A stretch of DNA of 63,738 nucleotides, the filler included, from Reticulomyxa filosa (taxonomy: Eukaryota > Protista > Foraminifera), in assembly GCA_000512085.1 (NCBI GenBank). It is 19 parts of 19 records of this genome, joined end to end, with 100 filler letters (N's around TTAATTAATTAA, not from the genome) between each part and the next. Parts side by side here need not be neighbours in the genome. Positions count along the whole stretch, not along the records: positions 1 to 9,554 come from ASPP01003126.1; positions 9,655 to 12,401 come from ASPP01002586.1; positions 12,502 to 13,529 come from ASPP01024718.1; 16 more parts are not named here. One strand, 5' to 3'. Of this stretch, positions 1 to 13,390 are shown in pieces. Both the position numbers and the translations under genes were made by a program. Below the pieces are notes generated by a model, which was given only the letters and a program-made list of their open reading frames with translations, did no database searches and had not been told where the DNA came from. Within the stretch, counting starts at the first letter, position 1. Every line of letters starts with the position of its first letter.

Positions 1-539
1 TGACGGGGATGGGGTCTGTTGAGATAACCGATGTGACCTTTGAAAAGATAGAGTGTCCGAATTTCAATATGATAGCATGTGCAAACATGTCGACATTTAC
101 GCTTTCCAATGTCGACTTGATTGGGTCAAGCAATCCTTTGTTAAGGATTGAAACAGGGTCTTTTATCAGCCGCTCCCTTTTGTTGACCGATAATTCGTTT
201 GACAAAACTTCAAAGGATAAGCATCTGTTTTATGTGGCACCCCTTGCAGATGCCTTAAAGAATACTTCCGACATTGGAGTCGACATCCGAAACGTCATCG
301 CAAATGGTAATGGCAATGATGTCCCAATGACAATGTTCCATTTCGATTTTCATAGCAATGCACCGGTGCTCATATCCGACGTGGCCGTTGATGGATGGAA
401 TGGCGAGCTATTTCATATGAATGTACTGTACGATGCACCTTCACAAATCCTTGTCAACAATGTCTCTGTTCGATACTATCACAATTCTGATCTCAATCAC
501 AGTTGTGCACTGTGTGTAACAGAAGATAGTAACAAACAA

Positions 540-573
<34 letters not shown>

Positions 574-969
574 CCAATGATTTGTCAACCAATGTGTCAT
601 TGACTAATTGCCATTTTATCAATGTGTCAAACAGCATTTTATTTGATATCCATGCTCTGTCCATTAATCTCTTCGTATGGCTTCAAAACACCTCCGTAGA
701 ATATTCCGTAGATACATATGTATTCATAACTGCACCACACATAGCCATGGAGTCGGTCGTGCTTGCGAACAATCGCCAGCAAATATATAACGATTGGATG
801 GGATGGCCGTTGTTAAATCTCATCGTTGTTTTGAGCGTGTATGCTACAAATTATCATCACACACAAGGTTATCTAACATAAACATTACACACACACACAT
901 AAATGTATATATATGTATATATATACATATATGTACATATATGTATATATAATATGAAGTTATACAAAT

Positions 970-1000
<31 letters not shown>

Positions 1001-4000
1001 GAGGGCGTGACAATGCGTAATGTAACAATGACAAGGAATTTGTATCCATTGGGCGTGTTGCAATCGAGCGGACAAGGGAACAAAGGCACATGGGATTTGG
1101 CCTCGTGTTACTTTGAGCAAAATGGTGGAGGCATTTACATTCACGATGGACTGGAAGTGTCGATAGAGAATTCCACTGTTTCCAATTTTTACCCACTGTT
1201 TTGTTGGTTCAAATAACAAGCAAACAAACAAATAAACATGTCACTTTGCGTTTGCTTGGTTTTCATTTTGTCTTGTTTGTGAAACAGAGTGAGTTCGTCG
1301 GCATTTAACATTTGGATCCAAGACGTAAAGAAGGTAGTCGTGGACGGGAGTCGATTTGAAAATAATCACACTCCCTATTGGAGTGGAGGCACTTTGCGTG
1401 TGGAAAATATCGCCAAGTCCTTTCTGGTTCGAAAAAGTCACTTTATCAATAGCAGCGCATATATCGGTGGAGCTATTCTTTGCAGCTATGTACCTGTGAT
1501 GGAACTCACAGATTGTGTCATCGATGACAATGTGGCCATGGCCCACGGCGGTGCTATTTATTTCGATTACGCGCCCGTGTCATCGGCAGACACGACCTTG
1601 GTTCGTACCACTTTTTCCAATTGTTCGTTTCATCGCAACCAAGCGGCGTCGAAAGGAGGAGCCATTTACACCAACTTTGGAGTCATCCAACTCTATCAAA
1701 GTCAATTTCTCAATAACTATGCCGAATTCGGTTTGTTCTTGCCTTTTATTTATTTGTTTGTTTTTTGGTGTTGCAAAAAAAAAAAAAAAAAAAAAAAAAG
1801 AGTAACTCGATTTTGTATATTGCTATATTATCATTTTGTCAAATAGGTGGAGTGTTGAGCTTGAATGACCAAAGTACGTTAGAAATGACCGACTGCACGT
1901 TGATAGAAAATCGCGGTTTGTATGGCGGTGTCATCTACGAGTTTGGCGACGGCAATACACTCAAATCGATCAATCACTCGTTGTTCTTTCAAAACGTGGC
2001 GACTATTCAAGGCGGCGCACTTTATTTGAATTCAGACAATTGGCTCATACACAACACCACGTTTTACAATCACACGGCCTACGATTCTGGAGGTCAATTT
2101 GATGCACACAATATGTCATATATGCATGCATATAAAATATATATTGTATATATATATTTATATATTTATATATTTATATGTACCAATATAGGCGTGTTAT
2201 ATACTGAGACATCTTCGTTGGTAACTATTACTTCGTCTCGTTTTCAACGAAACTATGCAATGGTCGATGGGGGATGCTTTGCACTTCAAAGGTAAGAATT
2301 CATCTTTTGTTTTGTTTTGTTTTGTTTTGTTTGGTTTGTTTGTTTTTGAACACACACGACAAAATGACAATCTTTCAAATAACTACATATGTGTATATGT
2401 ATACATATATACATATATGCATGTGTAAATGAAAAGCGCGTTGGAATATGCTAATGTGACAGTGACTATCCATCGTTACGTTGCGCTTTTGCGTGCACAA
2501 ATAACACCACTCAAATATAAGCAGAGCAAAAGATTTAAAAAAGCAAAATGTAATATTTGGTGTGTGTGTGTATGTGTGCATGTGGACAGAGTGCAATTTT
2601 TCGGAGAACAGTGCATTAAACTATGGAGGAATAGCATTCATGGTATGTGTATTGAATAATATTTATTGGTTTGAGAAGAGCAAACATGCACCATGTAATG
2701 TTTATTTGTTTTGTTTTTTTTAATGTGATCCCGAATAGGCGGGTTACGCCATAGTAATAAAAGATTCGATATTGGACGGGAATTGTTGGGACGGAGAGAG
2801 ACCATGCGCGGCACAAGGGGGACTGCTGTCGATGGACACGAGTGAGAAAAACAGAGTGAGTGCATTGTCACTGGAGCGAGTGACGATGCGACGAGGGACG
2901 AGTGGAGTTGGAGGGGCAATGTTGTTGCGACACAATGTTGAAAACAGCACATTACATGTGTCACTGACAAACGTGACATTTGAGCAGAATAATGCCACCC
3001 AATTGCCGCAAAGTTCGGACATTGCATTATTCCAAGACTCGGAAAGTCAGTTCCATTTGCAATTCCATCCGCCGCTGACAAGTGGGTCGATCAAAGCCGT
3101 ATCTTGGCCTGTCCAAGCTCAATTCCAAGTGTTCCCTGCTGACGACACTTGTCCTGATTGTCCCATGTACGCATCTCTTCAAACGTTGGATTTTTTCAAT
3201 CAATCGTACGTACCTTTCGAGTACTGTGACGTCGATGGAGTCTGCTCCTTCATTCAATTGCAGCTCCGCTGCGTTACCAATTTCTCCTCTCTCGCTTGTC
3301 CCACTTCTCAACAAACGAATTATGGCCAATTTGCCAATGGGCTTGGCAATATCACTTTTGTGACGACTCCAGTTTAATATATTAATATATGTACATATAT
3401 ATATATATGTACATATATATATATATGTATATGTGTGTGTATTAACATACACTTTCTAAACTACATTTATTATGACGAAGACGAAATACACAGGGAAAAT
3501 TGGGTGAAAGTGTTGCTATTTCACTGGCTTGTGATGACACGTTGATTGGCGCCATTTGTCCTTTGTCATCTTCATTACGTGCACCGGAGAATACGTTCTT
3601 GGTCGAGTTTTCTAGTTGTTCGAGAGGGATGGAGGACGAGGTTTTCGTCAGTGGCGAGTGGTTCACTTGCGCGAACGTAAAGCATACCAATTTCGATTTT
3701 ATCAAGCAATTGGGAGACAACCCTTTCACTCTTTCTGCCATCATCATTTTTTTTTCCTTTATCTTTACCATTTTCGTGTTGGCTGTTTTGCACAACTCTG
3801 GACAACTCCTTTGTTCCGATTATTGTCGTCGACGTAGAGTCGAGCTTGCCAATGTTTGTTTCTTTATGTATACATATATATATGCACATATATGTATTAA
3901 TATATATGTGGTATGTATATGAATATAATTACACAAATAAACACAACAGCCTGCGGCATTGCTAAATTACACGTTGAAAACGTTGGATTTTTTTAACTGG

Positions 4001-5408
4001 TATATTTATTTATTTATTTATTTTTTTTTTTTTACACTAGCTTCATCCATCCATTACGCACGTGTGAGCACACTTTTTTTTTAAAAAAAAAGGGATAAAT
4101 AAGCAATACCTTTCCTTGGTGTATATTTTGTATATGTATATGTGCACATATTTGCATATATAAAGATATAAACTTGTGTCAAGAATTTTGGGCGTTAAGT
4201 TTTTATTCGAATAAGGATAATTCTGAAAGCAGCGAAATCAAAAGACCAAAGCGAATATGGCTAATGTTGGCACTGATATCCACGATATTTTTATCGATTT
4301 CATGGACAGCGAACTTGATGCAAACATATTCGATGAGCAAAACATTACCATTTTATCTTGGGAATAACAATCACAGCAGGAAAATGTATGTATCAAAATT
4401 GTGGCTGATAATGCTTTTGGTTGGGTGTTGCGGGGACTTATTTGTGACATTGGGACTAATGAACTCTCGTATCTTTGGCTTTGAGATATTTTCGTTGGGC
4501 ATGACCTGGCCAGAGATTCGGGAACTCACGCAATTCAAAGCTGTTAGCATTATCTTATTGGAAAATACTCCACAGATTGTATTACAATTGATTGGATTAA
4601 ATTACTCGAAAGCCAATACCAGAACGGATATCGCTCGCAGTGTGTATCTTTCCTTTACTCTTAGTATCTTATCTATTGCTGGAACAGTGATATCTCTTTG
4701 GATTCGAAAGCAAGATTTGTTTATCAAATACTCATTTCAATTAAACATCCAGTTAAATCTCAATGGCATTTCCAATTCTAAAAAACGAGAGCAGTTGCAA
4801 CAACATATTCAGGATCATTTACAACGCTTCGAAACAATTGCCGAAACAATTGTGCACTCTTTGGAACATTTGCATAAAAAACAGATTTTAATTGGAAGTG
4901 TCACCTTTGATCCGTCCGAAAATTCCATTGCAATTTATGGAAACATTTTGGTTCCTTATGGCAGAATTTCTCAATGGCTTGATTCTTGTGCCACCACTCC
5001 TAAGTCCCGTTCGGCAAAGGATACCACTACTCTAACTACTGCTCATACTTACAAGTTTACATCCTTTATTTAAAACAAATAAACAAATACATAAACATAT
5101 ATTATATATGCACATACATATATAGTGGCGGATACCGATCGATTAATGTAACTGCTCTATCCAAACATGTGTTATTGCATGGTTTTGATCTAAGTGAGGA
5201 GTGTCGCAAGTTTCTCGATTCCAAAAAATTATTGTTTAGTGCAGAATTCAAAATCTTTGAGGTCAATTACTCGGTTCGCTCGAAGCCCATCCCTTCCAAT
5301 CCTTTGCCTCCAATTACAAACTCCGAGCAGTCACTTTCTGAATTCTTCGATCGACCTGAACGAGAATCCAGCCAAATTTCAATTTTGAACTGTTTTATGA
5401 TGAATTGA
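1..5408 (+). CDS. Large multi-exon membrane protein (5' partial): parallel beta-helix / Pmp-like GGA(I/L)...FxxN repeats, followed by a multi-pass TM region with an ExxPQxxLQ (XK/TMEM26-like) motif
   Basis: ORFs 9-881, 1007-1216, 1289-1846, 1765-2295, 2772-3377, 3500-3922, 4174-5073 and 5169-5408 sit between (TA)n/poly-A introns. Intron 868-1001 joins exons 1 and 2 in frame (CAA G|AG GGC GTG). Repeats include GGAILC, HGGAIYF, FHRNQAASKGGAIY, FFQNVATIQGGALY, FQRNYAMVDGG. Hydrophobic helices at ~3720-3790 and 4255-4700; LLENTPQIVLQL near 4555-4590. Confidence 0.75.
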
Positions 5409-6498
5409 AAGGTCTTTATGGAAGATGATATGAAAAAAATAATTAATTAATTGAAATAATTTCCTAAACAACGCCGAACAAATAAAATTTTTTCTTTTTT
5501 TTATATTTTAATTTTCGTTTTTTGTTATTTGAACAAAATTATCTAGTCCCAAAATTAGGAGAGATATTTATGTGTGACTTTTTTTTCCGTCTCTAAAGTA
5601 CTTTTGTGATGTTGATTTTGTTTTTATTTTTCTTTTACTTGATGCGATCATTAAAACAACTAAATAAACATAAATAAGATCAATAAATAAAATTTACTTC
5701 ATGTTTGCATTGTAACATTGAATTTCATTTTTTAATTGAAGGTTATAACATCATGATTATTATGTAATGCAAGCCATACTATTTATTATACAGCAAAACT
5801 ATCTCAACAAATAACAATTCTTCTTAGATTAGCCAAATTAAAACAATTGTGTAGTTTTAAAAACTAAAATAACTTATCAATGAATTTTAGAACTTCTGAA
5901 TATGAACAAAGAAAAGCATTGTGCTTGCTATAATCAAAAAGTAATTTTAAACATTTTCATGTGATGAATATTTTCAATTGAAATAGAATTAAAGAAAAGG
6001 ATCAAATCTTATCCCATTGAAATTTTTTTTTCAAATAACATTGAAGTTAATGGAATAATTCGAACTAAAAAAATTAATTCACTTGATCATTTCTTACATT
6101 TATGCAACTTGAATATAATTATAAATGATTTATGAAAAATCCTAATTTTATCCACAATATAATTCATTTCACTTTTTTCTATTCTTTCATGTAAGTAAAG
6201 TATTTAATAATTCATTTGCGAATGACAATACTTGTGATAAATATATTTTATCATTTAATATTAATTTTTATTTATTTCAGTTATAATCAATCATTTGCTT
6301 AAATTACTGTGAATTAGGCATACATTGGATTGTTTGTATCGTTTTAAGCATATGTCAAAGTGAATGGTCAGAAAGTATTGAAAAATCCTAGTTATGGATA
6401 TGCACAAAATATATAAACAAAAAAATCACTACAGTTTTTTATAAATTAATTAAATTTTCTTTTCAAGAAATTGATTTGTTAACATTGCGAACAAAAAA

Positions 6499-8418
6499 AT
6501 GACTCAAATTTCTCGTATTTTCCAAAGAAAGAAAGAGAAGCCTCAAGAAAGGATGATGGGTGATTATATAATGGGAGCAACACTGGGAATAGGTGGTTAT
6601 GCAAAAGTGAAGCTCGGAGTTCACAAAACGACAGGAGAAAAAGTGGCACTAAAGATAATGTTTGCAGACGAGAACGGCAAAATGAACGACTCAAAAAAAA
6701 AGCAATTGGACCGAGCAGTAGAATTATTATCGAAAGTGGACCATGACAATGTGTTGAAGTTACTGTCCTATGACAAAGATGGACAATATCCAGAAGTCGA
6801 TGGTACGACAACACCGTGCATGTATATGTCGTTAGAATACGCCGGTAACGGAGAATTGTTTGACTACTTAATGTTTACCGGATATTTTGATGAAGATATT
6901 GCGCGTTCATATTTCCACCAATTGATTGATGGTTTGAATGCTATTCACAGTATGGGATTTGCGCACAGAGATTTGAAACCAGAGAACCTGTTACTAGATG
7001 ACAATTTTACTCTAAAAATTGCGGATTTTGGATTTGCTACGACATTTCGCAAGGATGACATAGAAATCAAAATGAAGACTGCCTGTGGAACAAAGGGTTA
7101 TTTGGCACCAGAGGTGCTGAAAGGAAAAAAGTATGAGGAATCGGTTGATATATTTGCTGCCGGCATTATCTTGTTTATTACCTTTGCTGGATGTTAGTAC
7201 AAAAAAGCTTTATGTTTTGTTAACAAAAATGTTTAGATTTATCATTTGAATAATTTTTTTTTTAAAAAAAAAAAAGCAACTCAATAATAAGTATTAAATA
7301 TATTTATTATATATTTATGATGAGTTTGATTAAGGTGACTTTTTTTTTTTTATAATGTTTTTTGCCCCTTTTTTTTTTTTTTTTTTTTGTATTGTATATA
7401 AAAACGTACCCCTTAAATTTTTTTTTTTTTTTAGTAAAAAAAATGTTTATGTATTTGATAATGGATAGTTCCTCCATTCAATGATGCGATACCAACGGAT
7501 TGGTGGTGGAATCGTTTGGAAAATGGATGGAAGGAACGAGCGAGCGGGAAGCTGTTGGACCGCAAGCAAGAGTGGTCAAAGCACGGACTGTTTTGGGCGG
7601 CGCACGAGAGATCGCGCAAGTTCCCGCAAAACTTGAAAGACTTTTTGCTGAAGATGCTGCATCCAAACCCAGAAGAGCGTCCTACCATTGAGCAAATCCG
7701 TAAAGAAAACTGGGACTTTTATCGCGTGCCCAACGCATTATACGGATCGAAAGAAACAAAGCCAAAGAAAGAGGCCACGGATACATCATCATCGTGGTAT
7801 CAGTTGGGAGTAAAGCCAAGCGCAGAATTGGGCAAATACTTGGAACAACGAAAAACCAAAGTGCGTCAAGAGCGGGCGAAAAAAATCCAAGATCAGCAGC
7901 GGAATGCAGCATTGCCAGAAGAGAAAAGAGCCAGAGACCCGGCCAGCCAAGGAGGAGATTTTAAAGCCGAGGGACATGAAACTTATGACCAGTATTTAAT
8001 TCGGAAACAGTATAATGACCGTGTCAAAGCAATTGACCCCAATACTGAGTTTGACTTGTATATTGAAGACTTTAGCGACGGAACCTTTGCTAGCACCCCT
8101 TTTTACTTCTTCACTCAATTCCCGCCGGCTGTTGTTGCCGCTGCTTTTGAAAAACACGTTGAAACCATAAAGGATTCAGCCTCCATCAAAATTGTCCCCA
8201 AAGACACGAGATGCATTGTTAAATGCTTGACCGGTGAAGACGGAGCGCCCTTTGACGCGGAGTTCGAAGTCAGACAATATCGCTTCCAATCCAAGTACTT
8301 GGTTTCATGCAAACGACTCAGGGGAGATCCTCTTGCTTACAAGCAAGTCATTGAAAGCTTCTGGATGGCATCTTCCATTGTCCAAATCATGGATCTTTCT
8401 GAAGATTTGATGAAATAA
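6499..8418 (+). CDS. CAMK-group (SNF1/MARK-like) Ser/Thr protein kinase with C-terminal KA1 domain; 2 exons (6499-7192, 7469-8418)
   Basis: GIGGYAKV, VALK, HRDLKPEN, DFG, CGTKGYLAPE. Intron 7193-7468 (GT...AG) restores FAG-F-PPF. C-terminal FEVRQYRFQSKYLVSCKRLRGDPLAYKQV fits KA1. Confidence 0.93.
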
Positions 8419-9000
8419 ACTTCGACTTAACATATAATTTTTTTAAAAAAATTGTTCTTCTTTTGCATCCCCAAAGTAACCAAATTTTCCTTTTTTTAAT
8501 TCTTTTTTTTGTTTGTTTTAGATGTCAACAACATCTTGTAATTTGTTTGTTTTGTTGGCGTTTTTATTTCGTCTGTCTGCATTCTTTTGTCAATAAGGAG
8601 TTTGTGATTTACATAGAATTGGAAAAAAACATGTGCTACTAAAAAAATATTTTGAGAACTGACATTAGCATTCTTGAAAAAAAAGACAACTTTTTTTTCT
8701 TGTGATATAATGTTTTTACCACTACATTTTCTCCAATAGAATTTTTTGAATTTATGCAATACAATCATTTAATTTTATTCACTAGAATTTTCACTATTTT
8801 GCAATATTTATCACGCCTATAAGAAAATTGGCAAAAATAAAAAAAGAAGTGTGTTTCATGAAAAGTAAAATCAGATAAGTGCAAGTTAAAGTTTAACTAA
8901 TCCAACATACTACCTCAAGGGTAGTGCATAAACATCTAGCAAAAAGTTGGTTTATGAAATGTTTACAGTGAAATATTAATGAACGTATCGTCTCTCAGGA

Positions 9001-9065
9001 TGTATTTAGGTGTATTTGAGAGGTTTATTTGAGAGTGTGTATTTGAGATAGTGTATTTATGAGAT
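9001..9065. repeat. Degenerate short tandem repeat (~5 copies of a GTGTATTTGAGA-like unit)
   Basis: tgtatttagg tgtatttgagag gtttatttgagag tgtgtatttgagata gtgtatttatgaga. Confidence 0.6.
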
Positions 9066-9150
9066 GATGCATAAATTGATAAATTAGCTGTCTTCTGATC
9101 ATAAGGCGCTTTTGGCTGGCCGTTTATAAAATATTTATTTATTTAAAATG

Positions 9151-9235
9151 TTTTTTAAAAAAATCTTCGTTTGAATAAAGGACTGATCAAATTTTTTTAA
9201 AAAAATTTTCGTTTGAAGAAAGTACTTATCAAAAT
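9151..9235. repeat. Two imperfect 42-bp tandem copies
   Basis: ttttttaaaaaaatcttcgtttgaataaaggactgatcaaat / ttttttaaaaaaattttcgtttgaagaaagtacttatcaaaat. Confidence 0.75.
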
Positions 9236-9739
9236 TGTATTTTAGTTTAAAATGCTACCCAATTGGGCAGGATATCAAAACAATAAACTATGAAAAAAAA
9301 CCCCATTTGAACTTAACATTCACAAAAATAACAAACAAATTATACATATGATGCAAGTGATTTTTTGTCACATTTTTTCCAGTCTGCTTTTTCGATTTTA
9401 ACAATTAATTCTTGGAGTTCTGATAAATTCGTCAGACCATAATTGAATAAATTAATTTTGTCATTATCGTTGCTCAAGGGACATTTGGTTATTGAGTCAT
9501 TTTCCTCAATACAATTCATTTGATTGGGCAAATCGTCAATCAAATGCCAATGCTNNNNNNNNNNNNNNNNNNNNNNNNNNNNNNNNNNNNNNNNNNNNTT
9601 AATTAATTAANNNNNNNNNNNNNNNNNNNNNNNNNNNNNNNNNNNNNNNNNNNNAAAAAAAAAAATGATAACTTTATTTATCAATTTAAAAAAAAAAAAA
9701 AAAGAAAAGGAAAAAAGCGAAAATGAAGTGACGCTGAAA

Positions 9740-10858
9740 ATGGCGACGAAAAAACAGTCAGTGATGATCAAAGAGTTGAAAAACCAACTCAAAGTGGAGG
9801 CGAACAAGAATGCGCAATTGCGGGCGGAGATTTACCACATGAAGGACGAGCTGGACGAACTCCGGTCATGGCGCGAGCAGTATTTACTGCAAGAAACCAA
9901 AGGCCAGTTGCAGTACTTCCACGACGGAGGCAGCGGCAGTGGTGAAAGCGACCACGGCACCCCTTTGCCCGTAGATGTCAGTGCCAACACCAGCAGCACC
10001 CAGGAAGACAACATGTCCACTGACAGCGGGAAACACAGCAGCACTACTGGTCATGACAGTCTTTCGGCGACGAAGCAAAAGAAGAATAAACTCGTCACTA
10101 CAGAATCCATTCGCCATTCTTATCATCATCATCCACAGCAACAGCAACAACAACATGTAGAACATGTAGGAGATAGTGAGTACACTCAGAGTGAAAGCAA
10201 GACGCACGAGTTTGAAAAAGGAGAACTCGCCGACAAAAATAAAGAACATGAAGAAGTCATATTCAGCTTGTCCGAACGTCTGGCTGTGGTCAAAGAGGAA
10301 AATATGATATTGAAACATCGCCTCACTAATAAAAATAACGTTATCGAAGAACTGCAAAGGGATTTGGATAAAAAACAGGAGTGGATTTTGGATTTGATCG
10401 AAAAACTCAATGACAAACCTACGCTTACTCCTGTTGCGTCCAATCCTGTTATCTCTACTTCTGCCTCTGCTCTTCTACAATCTTCTTCTTCTGTTCCTAG
10501 CTCCACCTCTGGTCATGATCATCCTACCAAAGCCGTGTTGACCTCCTCCACTCCTAATGCCGCGGCTTTGAGCAAAGACCTTCTCTCTGCATCTTCGCCA
10601 AACTTGATCCACAACAAATCTCCTGTTCCTAAACACAAACCTGTGCCCAAAACACGTCCACCCAAAACTCCAATGCTTTCAACTCATTCCTCGATGCACA
10701 ACGTTGGGCACCGTGACCATTCGCATCCACGTAACACCTCGAAAAGTGCCACCGGGCCGGACACTGACTCCGACCCGGAAGAATTAGGGGATGGTAATGT
10801 TGTCATACTTGTCTTCTTGATATCTTCTTTTTTTCTCCCTGCTTTTTCTTTTTTTTAA
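9740..10858 (+). CDS. Coiled-coil / low-complexity protein of unknown function
   Basis: ATG at 9740 (MATKKQSV); two heptad segments and a Ser/Pro-rich tail. Probable intron donor at ~10794, so the 3' end is uncertain. Confidence 0.6.
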   Translation: MATKKQSVMIKELKNQLKVEANKNAQLRAEIYHMKDELDELRSWREQYLLQETKGQLQYFHDGGSGSGESDHGTPLPVDVSANTSSTQEDNMSTDSGKHSSTTGHDSLSATKQKKNKLVTTESIRHSYHHHPQQQQQQHVEHVGDSEYTQSESKTHEFEKGELADKNKEHEEVIFSLSERLAVVKEENMILKHRLTNKNNVIEELQRDLDKKQEWILDLIEKLNDKPTLTPVASNPVISTSASALLQSSSSVPSSTSGHDHPTKAVLTSSTPNAAALSKDLLSASSPNLIHNKSPVPKHKPVPKTRPPKTPMLSTHSSMHNVGHRDHSHPRNTSKSATGPDTDSDPEELGDGNVVILVFLISSFFLPAFSFF

Positions 10859-11468
10859 AAAAAGGGCTATTCTCAAGACATTTAAATATATGACTTTTTG
10901 TTTTTTGGGGGACTACTCCAGGCGTTTTTCGATGAACTTTGCATACAGTAAGAGTAAAGTAATTGGTCAAAAGTGGAAAAAAAAGAAGAAAAGGAACATT
11001 TTGATTTTCAACTGGTCAAATTTTTAATTTGTTTTTTTGGGTGTGTTTAATTTTTTTTCACATTGTCACTATTGAATATCATTCATGATCGCAAGCATCT
11101 CTAGTCCTTTCATGATAATATCTTTTTTAAACGAGTTTTTAGATTTGCTATGAAATCTAAACTGTAACCAAAAATTTTTATTGATCAATCTAAAAAAAAT
11201 CCACAGTTATCCAAGACATCTGACAGAACCATCTAAAAATAAATTGGAGACTATTTCATAAAATTGTAATAAGTGAAAAATTTAATGAAAGTAAAATTTT
11301 TTTAAAAGTATGTCGTACGTTTTTATTTGGGGTAAGCTTGTAGCATGAAAAATGTTGTGTTTTAAGTTGAAAAATACAAAAACGAAACAAGAAAAAAAAG
11401 AATAGAAAGTTGCTGTTTTACTTCTTTTTTATTTACATAGTAAGGCTATAAAAAAAGCAGTGGGATTA

Positions 11469-12401
11469 TCACGTAACCCTGTCATCAACATGCGACCCAT
11501 TCCGTATAGTTTGCATTTCAATTTCATTGCCAACAGATTTATCTGAAATAGAAAAACTGGGAACTTGCCATTTCAAGTACTGTGTAATGTCTTTACGACA
11601 CATGGGACATTTGTCCATTTGAGCGAAGCACTTATGACATACCGCACAGTGACGACAAGGCAATGCAATAATTGCAGCCGGAGCTTCAAAACATATCTGA
11701 CAGTCTCTCGATCCCTCCTTATCCTCACCAGTGTGTGCTTTCCAAGAATTTAATCCAAAAATATCCTACATAGATGTATATGTACATACATATGTATGAG
11801 ATAAATAAAACAAAATGTATGGACCAATGCACACCTGGTATTGAACAATTTTGTGAAGTTGTAAATCGACTAAAATTTGAATGGTGAATTGTGGATTTAA
11901 ATCGGATAACGGAGCCAATACAGATTTTGAGCTTGTGATGGAATGTTGATCTTCTCTTTCGTCTTTCAATTCTGTGGCACTGACACGACCATGCTGTTGT
12001 TGTTGTTGAGATGAAGCATCAATATTGGGACCTTCCGACCTGATATGTGTTTCTTGTTTGCTTTCTGCTTCCATTGCATCGATATCAACATCCACGTCCA
12101 TGTCAATGTGGCTTTGGGTCATTGGATTGGACTGGACGGTGTGGTCTTTTGCACCACCATGAGCATATGAAAGCGAGCTTACTCCATTGGGGATTTCAAA
12201 TATCGATATTTCAACAAAATCGATTGTATTGTCGACTGTGTCTATTGCGCGCTGTTCCCCTTTGTCACTTGTGGTTATAGCCATTGCTGTTGCTGTTGCT
12301 ATTGTCGTCGCTGAAGTAAGTACGATTGCGTTCATGAGGTCTTCATCACCTTTTGTCAGCATGTTTGTATTTGGTATCATGTTGTTATTATTATTGTTAT
12401 T
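11469..12401 (-). CDS. C-terminal RING-HC (C3HC4, IAP/MGRN1-type) E3 ligase-like protein, probably 5' partial
   Basis: Spliced across intron 11766-11834. Last exon reads CQICFEAPAAIIALPCRHCAVCHKCFAQMDKCPMCRKDI. Confidence 0.85.
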
Positions 12402-12596
12402 NNNNNNNNNNNNNNNNNNNNNNNNNNNNNNNNNNNNNNNNNNNNTTAATTAATTAANNNNNNNNNNNNNNNNNNNNNNNNNNNNNNNNNNNNNNNNNNN
12501 NTATCATAAATATATAAATTATAAAAAAAACTCAATAGTTGAAAATTCTTTGTAACACATAATTAAATTTTTATGATTTCATTATCTCTTTGTTGT

Positions 12597-13390
12597 TCAT
12601 GTATACAAAGACGATTTGTTGAATAGTGATGTGACAACACCACTTAGATTTTGAACTGACGGCCGGATGTCAGAGGCAGGTATATTTACATCAACTTTGA
12701 GCTTGTTTTCGTGGCTGTTCAGTACTCGAATAACCTCTTGATCTGGTTTCTCTTTGCGGACCAGTCTCTGGCCCATGACATCAGAGTCAAAGCCCAAGAG
12801 CATCAAGAAGTCGATGACGACTTCATATCAGAGAAATCGCTCTTCCACTTTAAGATTGGTGATACATCTTGTCATCCTTCAACAGCTTCTTCGCGACACT
12901 TCGTAGCGTATTGAACATATGTCTGGGATTTCCATTGTAACAGCTGATGTCAATCACTGCCCGTTCGAATGCATCTTTATCCGCCTTTTTTTTTTTTAAT
13001 TCACTCGCTTCCAACCCCACCTTGTTCTGTGACAGCTGTGTCATCATGTTGTAGTTTGTCATGTGCTTGCTCGCCACTCGCACCTCTCCGTTGTTGTGGT
13101 TGTCGTCTTCGAATAATGATATCAACGACACTTTTTGTCCATTTGACAATGGTGACATCATCAATTTACTTTAGTTTGAATACGCACTGGTATTTCTCGG
13201 TTGCGATTATTAATATCTTTCTTGTGCAACACTTTCGTCATCTTCATTGCTTTTGGACTACTTATCGCGCTTCAGACGCTTCTTCTCATCACTCTCTCTC
13301 CAAGGCTTCCTTGTCGTGCTTCAGTTGCTCCTCACGCTCCATCAAACTCTTTGCTTACTCTGTTCGCATTCTCGTCTGCAGTCATTCTTG
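12597..13390 (-). pseudogene. Decayed PUB-domain / coiled-coil gene copy
   Basis: FNTLRSVAKKLLKDD, then after a frameshift TNLKVEERFL*YEVVIDFLMLLGFDSD (PUB-like LxxxGF). Several in-frame TAA/TGA in the upstream coiled-coil frame (EALERE**EEASEAR*VVQKQ*R*R). Confidence 0.6.

Noticed and set aside
10921-10951. Possible last exon ending ...ELCIQ* as a prenylation signal
   Set aside because: The Cys is third from the end, which is not a CaaX, and the splice phase is unverified.
12597-13390. Possible stop-codon reassignment (many in-frame TAA/TGA)
   Set aside because: The intact kinase, VPS9 and RING genes end at TAA/TGA and have no internal stops. Frameshifts co-occur, so decay is the simpler explanation.
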